This document shows positions 46,970 to 54,987 of a DNA stretch of 64,000 nucleotides, piece by piece (position 1 is the first letter of the stretch; each line of letters starts with the position of its first letter). The stretch is from an uncultured Verrucomicrobiota bacterium. GTDB taxonomy: Bacteria; Verrucomicrobiota; Kiritimatiellia; CAIQIC01; Lenti-01. A program made the translations under genes and the position numbers. The stretch lies in the NCBI GenBank assembly GCA_937860055.1, contig CALMBO010000029.1, positions 425,372 through 489,371 on the forward strand, given 5' to 3'. Under the pieces are notes generated by a model, which worked only from the letters and a program-made list of their open reading frames with translations, was not told the DNA's origin and searched no databases.

Positions 46970-47683
46970 TCAGGGCGTGGCGTCGAGCACCCGGTAGTAG
47001 CGCAACACGGTGTTGCTGGGCGCCAGATCATGGAACACCAGCGCATTGGTGCTCCCCATCTCCACATCGTCCGGCGTCCACGCCACCGGATTGGTGGCCA
47101 GCGCGTCCGCATGCTCCAGCCGGTACGTCCGGCCCACGACGGTTTCGGGAACCGTGATGGCGGCGTCGCGCCCCGCCACGGCAACCGACCCGATCTCGGG
47201 CAGGACGAACGCGGCGACGGTGATGTCGTCCACCCCCACGTTGCCGGTGACTTTCTCCGCGTAGTGGAAACGGAGATGCCGCGCCTCCGGCGAAGTGGCA
47301 TTCGTCCGGAACGTGGCAACGGCCGCCAGCTGCGTGTAGGTCTGCAGCGCCGTCCAGTTCGTGCCGTCGACCGACTGGTCCACGCGGAATGTCCCGCCCG
47401 AAAATGTGTTGCCCGCCACCCAGTAGGTCACCGCCCCCGGCGCCGATGAGAAATGGATGGCGATGAAATCGCCCGTGCCGTCCAGCTTGGCCGCCCCGTC
47501 GCCCAGGCCGTCGTAGCCCGGCAGGTAGTCGATCCCCAGCCCCGTGAACGTCCACCCCGCCGGCGGCGTGCTGTATTCCCACGGCCCGGTGTAGCGGGCT
47601 GGCAGCGTCGCCTGCGCAAACACCCAGTGGGCCGCCAAAGCCGCCAGGACCCCCGTCCATCCGGCTTTGCTTGCGGCCTTCAT
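46970..47683 (-). CDS. Small secreted protein paralogous to the N-terminal domain of its neighbour, with a C-terminal RxYRV domain
   Basis: QATLP...GPW...GWT..GLG.DY...YDG...AAK.D.TGD...KV.GNVGVD shared with 43861-46833. Confidence 0.85.
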   Translation of the reverse strand: MKAASKAGWTGVLAALAAHWVFAQATLPARYTGPWEYSTPPAGWTFTGLGIDYLPGYDGLGDGAAKLDGTGDFIAIHFSSAPGAVTYWVAGNTFSGGTFRVDQSVDGTNWTALQTYTQLAAVATFRTNATSPEARHLRFHYAEKVTGNVGVDDITVAAFVLPEIGSVAVAGRDAAITVPETVVGRTYRLEHADALATNPVAWTPDDVEMGSTNALVFHDLAPSNTVLRYYRVLDATP

Positions 47684-47708
47684 GCTCCGCGCTCCGTCTC
47701 CCGCCGCC

Positions 47709-48752
47709 TCAGCCGCCCGCCGGGACCAGCGGCGTCAACATCGCTTCCTGGTAGAGGCGCTGCACCATTTCCACGTCCAGGCCGTGGCCCGACTTGTAGG
47801 AGATGATCTCGCCGACGAACAGCCCCTCGTCGATCAGCGCGATGGCCGCCAGCAGGTCCAGCGTCGACCGGTGCCAGACCGCCTCCAGCGACTTTCCGTT
47901 GTGCGGCAGCAGCGCCTCGTTCCAATAGCGCAGGCGCCCCGCGACCAGCAGGTTGTCGAACGAATAGCCCAGGTTGCGGATGTCCGCGAACAGCAGGCCG
48001 ATCGTCTTGCAATACAGCATCTTCATCGCCGACGTGTTCGTCCGCGCCGTCGCCCCGTAGGCGAACTTCTCCGGATCCACCGCGAAGCGGATGCGCTGCT
48101 TGCCGATCGCCGTCTTGAAATCCACCGCCGCGTCGATGGCCAGCATCGGCCGCGCCGGATCCGCCGGCGCCAGCGTCAGGAAGCCCCCGCGGCCGTTGCA
48201 GACCGTCACGCGCTCGCGGACGGTCACGTAGGGCTGCGGACGGTTCACCGGCCGCACCCCGGCGCTCCGGATCGCCTCGACCAGCTCCGTGCTTCCCCGG
48301 TCGAACAGCGGCGGATCGCCCGAATCCAGCCGGATCAGCAGGTTGTCGATCCCCAGCCCCATGCGCAGGCTGATCATGTGCTCGGCCATGCGGATGTAGT
48401 TGTGCGGGGACCCGCTGCGCAGCACGATGTTGCTGACGACGTTGCCCGTCGTCCATACGTTGCGGATCGAGCACCGCACCGGCAGGCTGTCGGGCAGGTC
48501 CGTTCGCTCGAACCACCAGCCCTCCATGTCCGTCGGGCACAGCGTCAGCGTGCGGAGGCTCTTGCCGAAGAACGTGCCGCGCCCCCGCACCGTCACCGGA
48601 CGCTCGATGGTCGTCTGCCCGCGGGTGGCCGGCGCCGGCTTCGCCTCCCCCATCATGTCCCAATCCACCGGGTGGGTCTTCCATGCCCGGACGCCGTGCT
48701 CCAGCGCGGCCACGGGACCGCTCAACAATCTGCCTGCGGGAATTTCAAACAT
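47709..48752 (-). CDS. lpxC: UDP-3-O-acyl-GlcNAc deacetylase LpxC, divergent
   Basis: QTTI...G.G, FERTDL, AEH...GIDNL, DPPLFDRGS, ARTN, HRSTLD, KSGH. Confidence 0.8.
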   Translation of the reverse strand: MFEIPAGRLLSGPVAALEHGVRAWKTHPVDWDMMGEAKPAPATRGQTTIERPVTVRGRGTFFGKSLRTLTLCPTDMEGWWFERTDLPDSLPVRCSIRNVWTTGNVVSNIVLRSGSPHNYIRMAEHMISLRMGLGIDNLLIRLDSGDPPLFDRGSTELVEAIRSAGVRPVNRPQPYVTVRERVTVCNGRGGFLTLAPADPARPMLAIDAAVDFKTAIGKQRIRFAVDPEKFAYGATARTNTSAMKMLYCKTIGLLFADIRNLGYSFDNLLVAGRLRYWNEALLPHNGKSLEAVWHRSTLDLLAAIALIDEGLFVGEIISYKSGHGLDVEMVQRLYQEAMLTPLVPAGG

Positions 48753-48773
48753 GGATGGATTATCTTCGAATGC

Positions 48774-50492
48774 TCAGGGCCTGACAAACCCTAAATTCTC
48801 CGCCAGCTCCTCGGCCTCCGCGCCGGGATTCCGCCCCGTCCACAGCACCGGGCGCGGCCCCGCCAGCGCGCGCTGGCGGCGCATCTCGGCGGGATTGGAA
48901 CTCCCGCACACCAGCGCGTCCGCATAATACGTCGTGAACGGCGCCATCGGCCCGCCATCCTCCACCAGCAGGCAGACGCCCTCCGTCCTCAGCATGCACG
49001 AAAGCGACGAAATCAGCTCCGCCTCCGCATGGCCCAGATCCACGCCAATCCCCCCCGGACTTTCCTCCCAGACTGCCGGATAATCGCACAAATACAGCGC
49101 CCGCGCGCCGTGATCCACCCGCCCAGGCAGGGAGCCGGCCCGAATCCAGACCGTCTTCGCGCCGCTCCGTCGGATGCGGTCCAGCAGCGCCAGTCCGCGG
49201 TTCTGCCCCATCTCCAGCATCGATTCCAGATCGGGATCGGGGTTCACCGCCAGGATGGCGTCATCGCCGCTCAACACGATCCGCGGTTCGCCCTGCGCAT
49301 CCTTCGCCGCGCACTGGAACGCGCTGGCCGCCCAGTCCCGGTCGCGGAAAAGGCCGGATGTCTTCAGCAGCAGATATTGCATCGCGTCGGCCCCGTCCCG
49401 GAAACCTCCCGGATGCGACAGCCTCATCGCGCAGGGCTCGAACACCGGCACCGCGTCGAATCCTCCCTGTGCCACGGATTCCGGCAGCGCCACCGCCCCG
49501 CCGGCGCGCGACAGCCGGGCCACCGCTTCCTGCTTCGCCGCCTCCGGATCCGCCGCCTCCCACGCATCGACCTCCAGCGAGAAGGTCGCGCTGCGGGGAA
49601 AGTTGCCCGTGGCTTTCGTCGCCGCCAAATCGAATTCCACCCCCGCCCGGTCCGGAGATCCGGACACCGCGCGGAACCGGCGCGGCTCCGCCAGGTCGGG
49701 GAACAATCCGACGGCCCCGCCACCGGCCACGGCCACGATTGCGGGCGGCATTTCCTCCTGCAGCACCGGCAAACCGGGCGCCCCCGCCTGCAGGAAAATG
49801 CGCAGGCGGAACCGCCGGGAATCGCTTTTGAGCAGCAGCAGCCGCCCCTGCAGGATCCGCCGGCCGTTCTGCCGCGGAACCACCGCCAGGCTCCAATCGA
49901 TGTCTCCCTCGTCCAGGGCTCCCGCATAGAACCGCGGATCGTCCCGGCCGGGGAACTTCCCCCCCTCGCGGGCCTGGCGCGTCGGATGCAGTTCCCAGCG
50001 CTGCCCCGACGATACATCTTCCAGCTCCATTGAAAGCCCTGCCTGGCGGCCTCCCGGCAGGAACAGCGGATCGATCTCCTGCACCGCATCGTCCTTCGCA
50101 AAAACCAGCGACCAGCGGTGGGAGCTGACCACCGATTCAAATCGGACCGAGAGCGAACGGACGGCGCAGGGACCGAACGCGTTGCGGGTCAGGGGCAGCT
50201 CGACGACCGCCGCCGGCGGGGCCTGCGCCTCCGCGACCGGGAGGATCCGTTCGCCCCACTTCAACTCCGAAACCCCCTCCGGGATCCGGCCGATCCAGAC
50301 CCCGTCCTCGAAGGTCCAGCTCTTGTCCGGCGGCGGCGCGGATTCCGGCATATCCGTCACGATGGCCCAGCCGCCGGCTCCCTCGTACAAGGTCGGCGCC
50401 CCGCCCGCCGCCGCCGCCAGCGCGCCCCATGCCAGCAAACCGGCGGCCGCGCCCCGGCCTCGTCCAGGGAGGATGCCGGGACGGAATCTCAA
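48774..50492 (-). CDS. Hypothetical exported protein
   Basis: Long ORF with protein-like composition; probable TTG start overlapping the upstream stop (TTGA); signal-like LLAWGALAAAAG. Confidence 0.65.
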   Translation of the reverse strand: MRFRPGILPGRGRGAAAGLLAWGALAAAAGGAPTLYEGAGGWAIVTDMPESAPPPDKSWTFEDGVWIGRIPEGVSELKWGERILPVAEAQAPPAAVVELPLTRNAFGPCAVRSLSVRFESVVSSHRWSLVFAKDDAVQEIDPLFLPGGRQAGLSMELEDVSSGQRWELHPTRQAREGGKFPGRDDPRFYAGALDEGDIDWSLAVVPRQNGRRILQGRLLLLKSDSRRFRLRIFLQAGAPGLPVLQEEMPPAIVAVAGGGAVGLFPDLAEPRRFRAVSGSPDRAGVEFDLAATKATGNFPRSATFSLEVDAWEAADPEAAKQEAVARLSRAGGAVALPESVAQGGFDAVPVFEPCAMRLSHPGGFRDGADAMQYLLLKTSGLFRDRDWAASAFQCAAKDAQGEPRIVLSGDDAILAVNPDPDLESMLEMGQNRGLALLDRIRRSGAKTVWIRAGSLPGRVDHGARALYLCDYPAVWEESPGGIGVDLGHAEAELISSLSCMLRTEGVCLLVEDGGPMAPFTTYYADALVCGSSNPAEMRRQRALAGPRPVLWTGRNPGAEAEELAENLGFVRP

Positions 50493-51307
50493 TTGGAACT
50501 CTCCCGGCCGCCCGGACGATTGCGCTTCTTGCCGGTCCCGCGGGGGTCCAGGCCCTTCAGCGACTTCAGCTGGTCGCGGAGAAACGCCGCCTTCTCGTAG
50601 TTTTCCAGTTCGACGGCGCGGGCCAGCTCCTCCCGCAGCGTCTCCGCCTCGCTCCGCGGACGACGCCGCTCCACCTGCACCAGCAGTTCGCGCAGCGTTT
50701 CCAGCTCCGGCGGCGGCGGCACCGGCGAACCATCCTCGTTCGCCGGCTCGTAGTTCTCCGCGAAGAACCCCTCCAGGTCCTTCACCCCTTCGCGCACCGT
50801 CTTCCCGGCCTCGTCGAACCGTCCCGACTGCATGCACACCTCGGCGTAGGCGCGGGCCGACATCATGCGCATGTAGGGATAAAGCTGCATGAACTGCCAC
50901 GCCACCTCGTCGTCCAGCGCATATTCCGACACGATGTCGATCAGGTCCAGGTTGTGGTCGCAATCGCGCACCACGCCCTTGAAATCGCCCAGCGCATAGA
51001 ACGCCATGATCCGGTAGTAGTACTGCATGACCTCCTGCTGCAGCTCGGAACAGGCGTCGAAATCCAGCTTGTACGGCAGCACGTTCCCCGGCGCCCGCCG
51101 CTCCTCGTCGATGTAATGGTCGCACAGCGAAAGCGCGCCGCGGGGACGCGTCCCGTCCGGCCGCCCCTCGGTCTCCATCTGGAAAAGCCCCAAGTCCAGC
51201 CGGAGCTGCAGCTTCCGCGTGCCGTCGTCCGCCTCGATCCAGCGGGCGCTCACTTCGTTGGGATCGTAGGGCCATCCCCCCACGAGGCTTGAAATGTCCT
51301 TGCTCAT
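50489..51307 (-). CDS. UvrB/UvrC-motif protein
   Basis: LQLRLDLGLFQME..GRPDG.RP N-terminus; C-terminal AVELENYEKAAFLRDQL UVR motif. Confidence 0.85.
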   Translation of the reverse strand: MSKDISSLVGGWPYDPNEVSARWIEADDGTRKLQLRLDLGLFQMETEGRPDGTRPRGALSLCDHYIDEERRAPGNVLPYKLDFDACSELQQEVMQYYYRIMAFYALGDFKGVVRDCDHNLDLIDIVSEYALDDEVAWQFMQLYPYMRMMSARAYAEVCMQSGRFDEAGKTVREGVKDLEGFFAENYEPANEDGSPVPPPPELETLRELLVQVERRRPRSEAETLREELARAVELENYEKAAFLRDQLKSLKGLDPRGTGKKRNRPGGRESSN

Positions 51308-51330
51308 CTTGAAATAGCCTCTGTCATGGA

Positions 51331-51359
51331 AAACACCCCGGCCGGAAACCCGGCCGGGG
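51331..51359 (-). terminator. Intrinsic terminator
   Basis: CCCCGGCCGG-AAAC-CCGGCCGGGG; followed by TGTTTT on the minus strand, downstream of the Lys-rich gene. Confidence 0.7.
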
Positions 51360-51385
51360 ATTCCGCCATCGGCGGCGAACCGCCC

Positions 51386-51841
51386 TTATTCGGCCGGTGC
51401 AGCCGGAACTTCCGCAGGGGCGGCTTCAACGGCCGGAGCCGCTTCGGCCGGCGCGGCCTCGGCGGCCGCTTCCGCCTCCTGGGCCTTGCACTTGGCCTTC
51501 TTTGCCTCGCACTTGGCTTTCTTGTCCGCTTTCTTCGCCTCGCACTTGGCTTTCTTTTCGGCCTTCCGGGCTTCGCACTTCGCCTTCTTCTCGGCCTTCT
51601 TGGCCTTGCACTTTTCCTTGCAGGCGGCCTTGTCTTCCTCGCTCATGCTCGCGCAGCACTTGGACTTCTTGGCCTTGCAGGCCTTCTGGTCGGCCGCCGG
51701 GGCTTCCTCCTTCTGCACCTCGACCGCCGCCTCGTCCTTCGCCGGCTCCTCCGCCGCCTTCTTCCCGAAAATCCACCAGGCCGGCGCGCTCGACGCCGAC
51801 ACGAACAGGGCCGCCAACACCATCATCGCCAGTTTCTTCAT
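51386..51841 (-). CDS. Secreted Lys/Ala/Cys-rich low-complexity protein with 11-aa repeats
   Basis: GGAGGA RBS; signal peptide MKKLAMMVLAALFVSASSAPA; KCxAxKAxKKA repeats; downstream terminator. Confidence 0.78.
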   Translation of the reverse strand: MKKLAMMVLAALFVSASSAPAWWIFGKKAAEEPAKDEAAVEVQKEEAPAADQKACKAKKSKCCASMSEEDKAACKEKCKAKKAEKKAKCEARKAEKKAKCEAKKADKKAKCEAKKAKCKAQEAEAAAEAAPAEAAPAVEAAPAEVPAAPAE

Positions 51842-51906
51842 TGTCTTCCTCCGGTTTGTGAATGAACCATTTGCATGAGTATACCGCCATCCGGCGGGGC
51901 CGCAAC

Positions 51907-53025
51907 CTAGCAACCGTAGAATTCGGCGATCGAACCGACCACCCACCGGGCCATCTCCTCGGTCAGGTCTGGATAGATCGGCAGCGCCAGGGTCTCCTTC
52001 GCCGCCCGCTCGCTTTCGGGGAAGGCTCCCTCGCGGTGCCCCAGGGCCCGGAAGCAGTCCTGCAGATGCAGCGGAACCGGATAGTAGATCTCCGTCCCGA
52101 TCTCGCGGCTGCGCAGATGCGCCAGCAGCCCGTCGCGGTTCTCCGCGCGGATCACGAACTGGTTGTAGATGTGCCGGCTCGTCTTCGCCGCCGGCAGCTT
52201 CACCTTGCCCCCCTCCACGAGGCGGGTCTCCGCGAACAGCTTCCCGTAGCGCGCCGCATTCGACTGCCGCGCCTGCGTCCACCCGTCCAGATGTTTCAGC
52301 TTGATCGTCACCACCGCCGCCTGCAGCGCATCCAACCGGAAATTCCCGCCGATTTCGTGGTGGTAGTACTTCGGATCCATCCCGTGGTTCCGCAGGATCG
52401 TCACCTTCCGGGCCTTCGCCGCGTCCTGCATCGTCACCATCCCGCCGTCTCCGAAGCATCCCAGGTTCTTCGACGGGAAGAACGAGAAGCAGCCGTAGTC
52501 CCCGATGCTCCCCGCCCGCCGGCCCTTCCATTCCGCGCCGATCGCCTGGCAGGCGTCTTCGATCACCGCCAGCCCGTGCTTCTTCGCCACCGCCATCACC
52601 GCGTCCATGTCCGCCATCTGCCCGTACAGGTGCACCGGGATGATCGCCTTCGTCCGCGGCGTCACCGCCGCCTCCAGCTTCGCCCCGTCGATGTTGAACG
52701 TCTCCGGGTCGATGTCCACGAACACCGTCTTCGCCCCCACCCGCGCGATCGCCCCCACCGTCGCGAAAAACGTGTACGGCGTCGTGATCACCTCGTCCCC
52801 CGCCCCGATCCCTTCCGCCATCAGCGCCACGATCAGCGCATCGGAGCCCGACGACATCCCCACGCCGTGCGCCGCCCCGCAATACTTCGCCACCGCCGCC
52901 TCGCATTCCTGCACCTTCGGCCCCAGGATGAAGGCCTGCGACTTGCAGATTTCCAGCATCACCGGCTCCACCTCGGCCCGGATCTGTTCATACTGAGGCT
53001 TCAAATCCAACAGCGGGACTTTCAT
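51907..53025 (-). CDS. DegT/DnrJ/EryC1/StrS sugar aminotransferase
   Basis: PVHLYGQ, IEDACQAIG, SFFPSKNLGCFGDGG, NFRLDALQA, YYPVPLH. Confidence 0.95.
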   Translation of the reverse strand: MKVPLLDLKPQYEQIRAEVEPVMLEICKSQAFILGPKVQECEAAVAKYCGAAHGVGMSSGSDALIVALMAEGIGAGDEVITTPYTFFATVGAIARVGAKTVFVDIDPETFNIDGAKLEAAVTPRTKAIIPVHLYGQMADMDAVMAVAKKHGLAVIEDACQAIGAEWKGRRAGSIGDYGCFSFFPSKNLGCFGDGGMVTMQDAAKARKVTILRNHGMDPKYYHHEIGGNFRLDALQAAVVTIKLKHLDGWTQARQSNAARYGKLFAETRLVEGGKVKLPAAKTSRHIYNQFVIRAENRDGLLAHLRSREIGTEIYYPVPLHLQDCFRALGHREGAFPESERAAKETLALPIYPDLTEEMARWVVGSIAEFYGC

Positions 53026-53343
53026 CGTATCTCCTTGCTATTTAACATAGTTGGATGAATATCGCATATCCGCCCCGAAAAATCACGCACAAAATGCCGC
53101 CTCCGCCCCCCTTCGCCTCGAAAACCAGCCCACGGATTCGTTTCTTCCCTTTTCAAGGACCGGGAGGCGCCTCCCATCTCAAAATTGGACAAAAATATCC
53201 GTATTTCTCGAGTTTTGGGCTCATTTTCCGCCCCAAACCCCATTTTTGTTCCAAAATGAGACATTTTGTCGCTCTTTTGTTGAATAAAAACGTTTTTTAT
53301 TGGAATTTTTCAAATGTTTTCTCCGTTTCTCCCCCGAAATCTC

Positions 53344-53371
53344 TGGACACCCCTCGGGGATGGCGTATGAT
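53344..53371 (+). promoter_or_regulatory. Sigma70-like promoter
   Basis: TGGACA-16bp-TATGAT downstream of an AT-rich tract. Confidence 0.5.
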
Positions 53372-53643
53372 GCCTCCCGTTTCAATGAACCGAATCGTTC
53401 AGCGTTCCGCTGCCGACCAGGCCCGGCCTTCCGCCGGGCTTTCGCTCTGTGTACGCCCCAACGCACCCCTTTCCTTGGAATACGCCGCCCTCAACCCGAT
53501 CCTTCGGGCCGATGCCGCATTTGCGGCTGCGACACCGGCCCGCGCCATCGACTTGGCGGTCTGAGTCAACCCTTCGCACTCGAGACCGCACCCCACCCGA
53601 ACAAGCCCGCTGGCACCTTGCGGGGACCTTGCGCCCCCACCCG

Positions 53644-54249
53644 ATGAACATCCAAATCCAGGAACTCTCCGCCAAACGCCTGCCCGAATCCGCTGAACTC
53701 CTCACCGATGTCTTCCTCAATCTGGAGCCGATGACCGCCGCGCTCCAGCTTTCCAGGGACTTCTATTCCTCCTATGTCCGCGCCGTGTGCGACCACTGCT
53801 TCGAAGACGGCCTCGCCGTCGCCGCCATCGATGCCGATGTCGACAGGCTCGTCGGCGTCGCCATCGGCCTCGACGACGGCAAGTACCGCCAGACCCTCCA
53901 TGTCATCCCCCCCGAATACCGCGCCGCGATGGAACAGATGAACGACTTCTTCGAGGAACTCGACAAGCCCCTCTCCCGCATCCCCGGCAAGTGGACCTAT
54001 GTCTTCTATCTCGCCGTCGCCCCCTCCTACTGGCGCGCCGGCATCTCGATGTCCATGCTCCAGCGGATGGAATCCCTCCTGCGCGGCAAGCGCTACGAGT
54101 ACCTCGTCTCGGAAGCCACCAACCCGAAATCCGAGGGGGCCTTCCGCAAGCAGGGCTACGTCGAGATCAACCGGCTCGCATACGCCGCCGCCCCCTCCTT
54201 CGCCGGCCTCCCCGGCGACTGCACGCTCTTCCTCAAGAAGCTCGTCTAG
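53644..54249 (+). CDS. GNAT-family N-acetyltransferase
   Basis: F...EPM, YLAVAPSYWRAGI (motif A), EATNPKS..AF.K.GY. Confidence 0.85.
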   Translation: MNIQIQELSAKRLPESAELLTDVFLNLEPMTAALQLSRDFYSSYVRAVCDHCFEDGLAVAAIDADVDRLVGVAIGLDDGKYRQTLHVIPPEYRAAMEQMNDFFEELDKPLSRIPGKWTYVFYLAVAPSYWRAGISMSMLQRMESLLRGKRYEYLVSEATNPKSEGAFRKQGYVEINRLAYAAAPSFAGLPGDCTLFLKKLV

Positions 54250-54270
54250 GACGCCTCCGGAAAGACCATG

Positions 54271-54302
54271 AAAAGGGCCGCGGGAAACACCCGCGGCCTT
54301 TT
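54271..54302. terminator. Bidirectional intrinsic terminator
   Basis: AAAAGGGCCGCGGG-AAACA-CCCGCGGCCTTTT between convergent genes. Confidence 0.82.
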
Positions 54303-54339
54303 CCGGCATGCCTCGTTCCCCGCCCGGCGGCGGACGCCG

Positions 54340-54759
54340 TCAGATGATGCCCTGTTGTGCGAGGATGAAATAGATCAGCAACGCGCCCGCCGACAGGATG
54401 ACCAGGATCAGCTGCGTCTGGAAGTTGTAGTCCGAACGGCGACGGGCCCGGATGCGCCCCAAGACGAGCCCGGCGATGCCGATGGCCAGGCCCGCGGCCA
54501 GGATCGGCAGGAGCGAATGCATCCCCGCGCCACCGGCGGCTTCCGCCGTCGCGGCGGACTGGTCGATCTGCATCAGTTGATGCTTCCGCTGCTGGGCGTC
54601 CGCCAGCGACAGGAAGGCGAAGAGGCAGATGACAAGGACGGGATAGACCAGCAGCGTGACGTAGCGGAAAATCTTCGCCCAGATGTCCGGCTTGTTCTGG
54701 CGGCGATCCGGCATTCCCTTCTTGTAGGGCGCCCCTTGTCCAACAGATGGCTGTTCCAT
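54340..54759 (-). CDS. Small three-TM membrane protein
   Basis: DRR..PD.W N-terminus, three hydrophobic helices, RARRRSD loop; AAGGAAG RBS. Confidence 0.75.
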   Translation of the reverse strand: MEQPSVGQGAPYKKGMPDRRQNKPDIWAKIFRYVTLLVYPVLVICLFAFLSLADAQQRKHQLMQIDQSAATAEAAGGAGMHSLLPILAAGLAIGIAGLVLGRIRARRRSDYNFQTQLILVILSAGALLIYFILAQQGII

Positions 54760-54805
54760 GCGCGCTTCCTTTGTCGTGCGGTCCGGTTCCAAAACCACGC
54801 TGCGA

Positions 54806-54834
54806 TTATGGGAGATGGCCCTGCGCATTGCAAC
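54806..54834 (-). promoter_or_regulatory. Sigma70-like promoter (divergent pair, minus strand)
   Basis: TTGCAA-17bp-CATAAT on the minus strand. Confidence 0.6.
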
Positions 54835-54915
54835 AGGTTTGGAACGGAATCCGCATGGGATCCGAATCCCGGGCCGAAACCCGGGAAGGCTCCCCAGGGA
54901 TTCCCAGCGCCGGGT

Positions 54916-54944
54916 TGACTCCCCCCGGGCCACGGGGTAGCTTG
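54916..54944 (+). promoter_or_regulatory. Sigma70-like promoter (divergent pair, plus strand)
   Basis: TTGACT-17bp-TAGCTT upstream of 54988. Confidence 0.55.
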
Positions 54945-54987
54945 GAACTCCAGTGGAAATCCGGCGGAAAGAGAGAAACGGTCGCAT

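Noticed and set aside
53055-53564. 169-aa ORF across the AT-rich region; also considered as oriC
   Set aside because: Atypical composition and it spans promoter elements. I found no TTATCCACA DnaA boxes.
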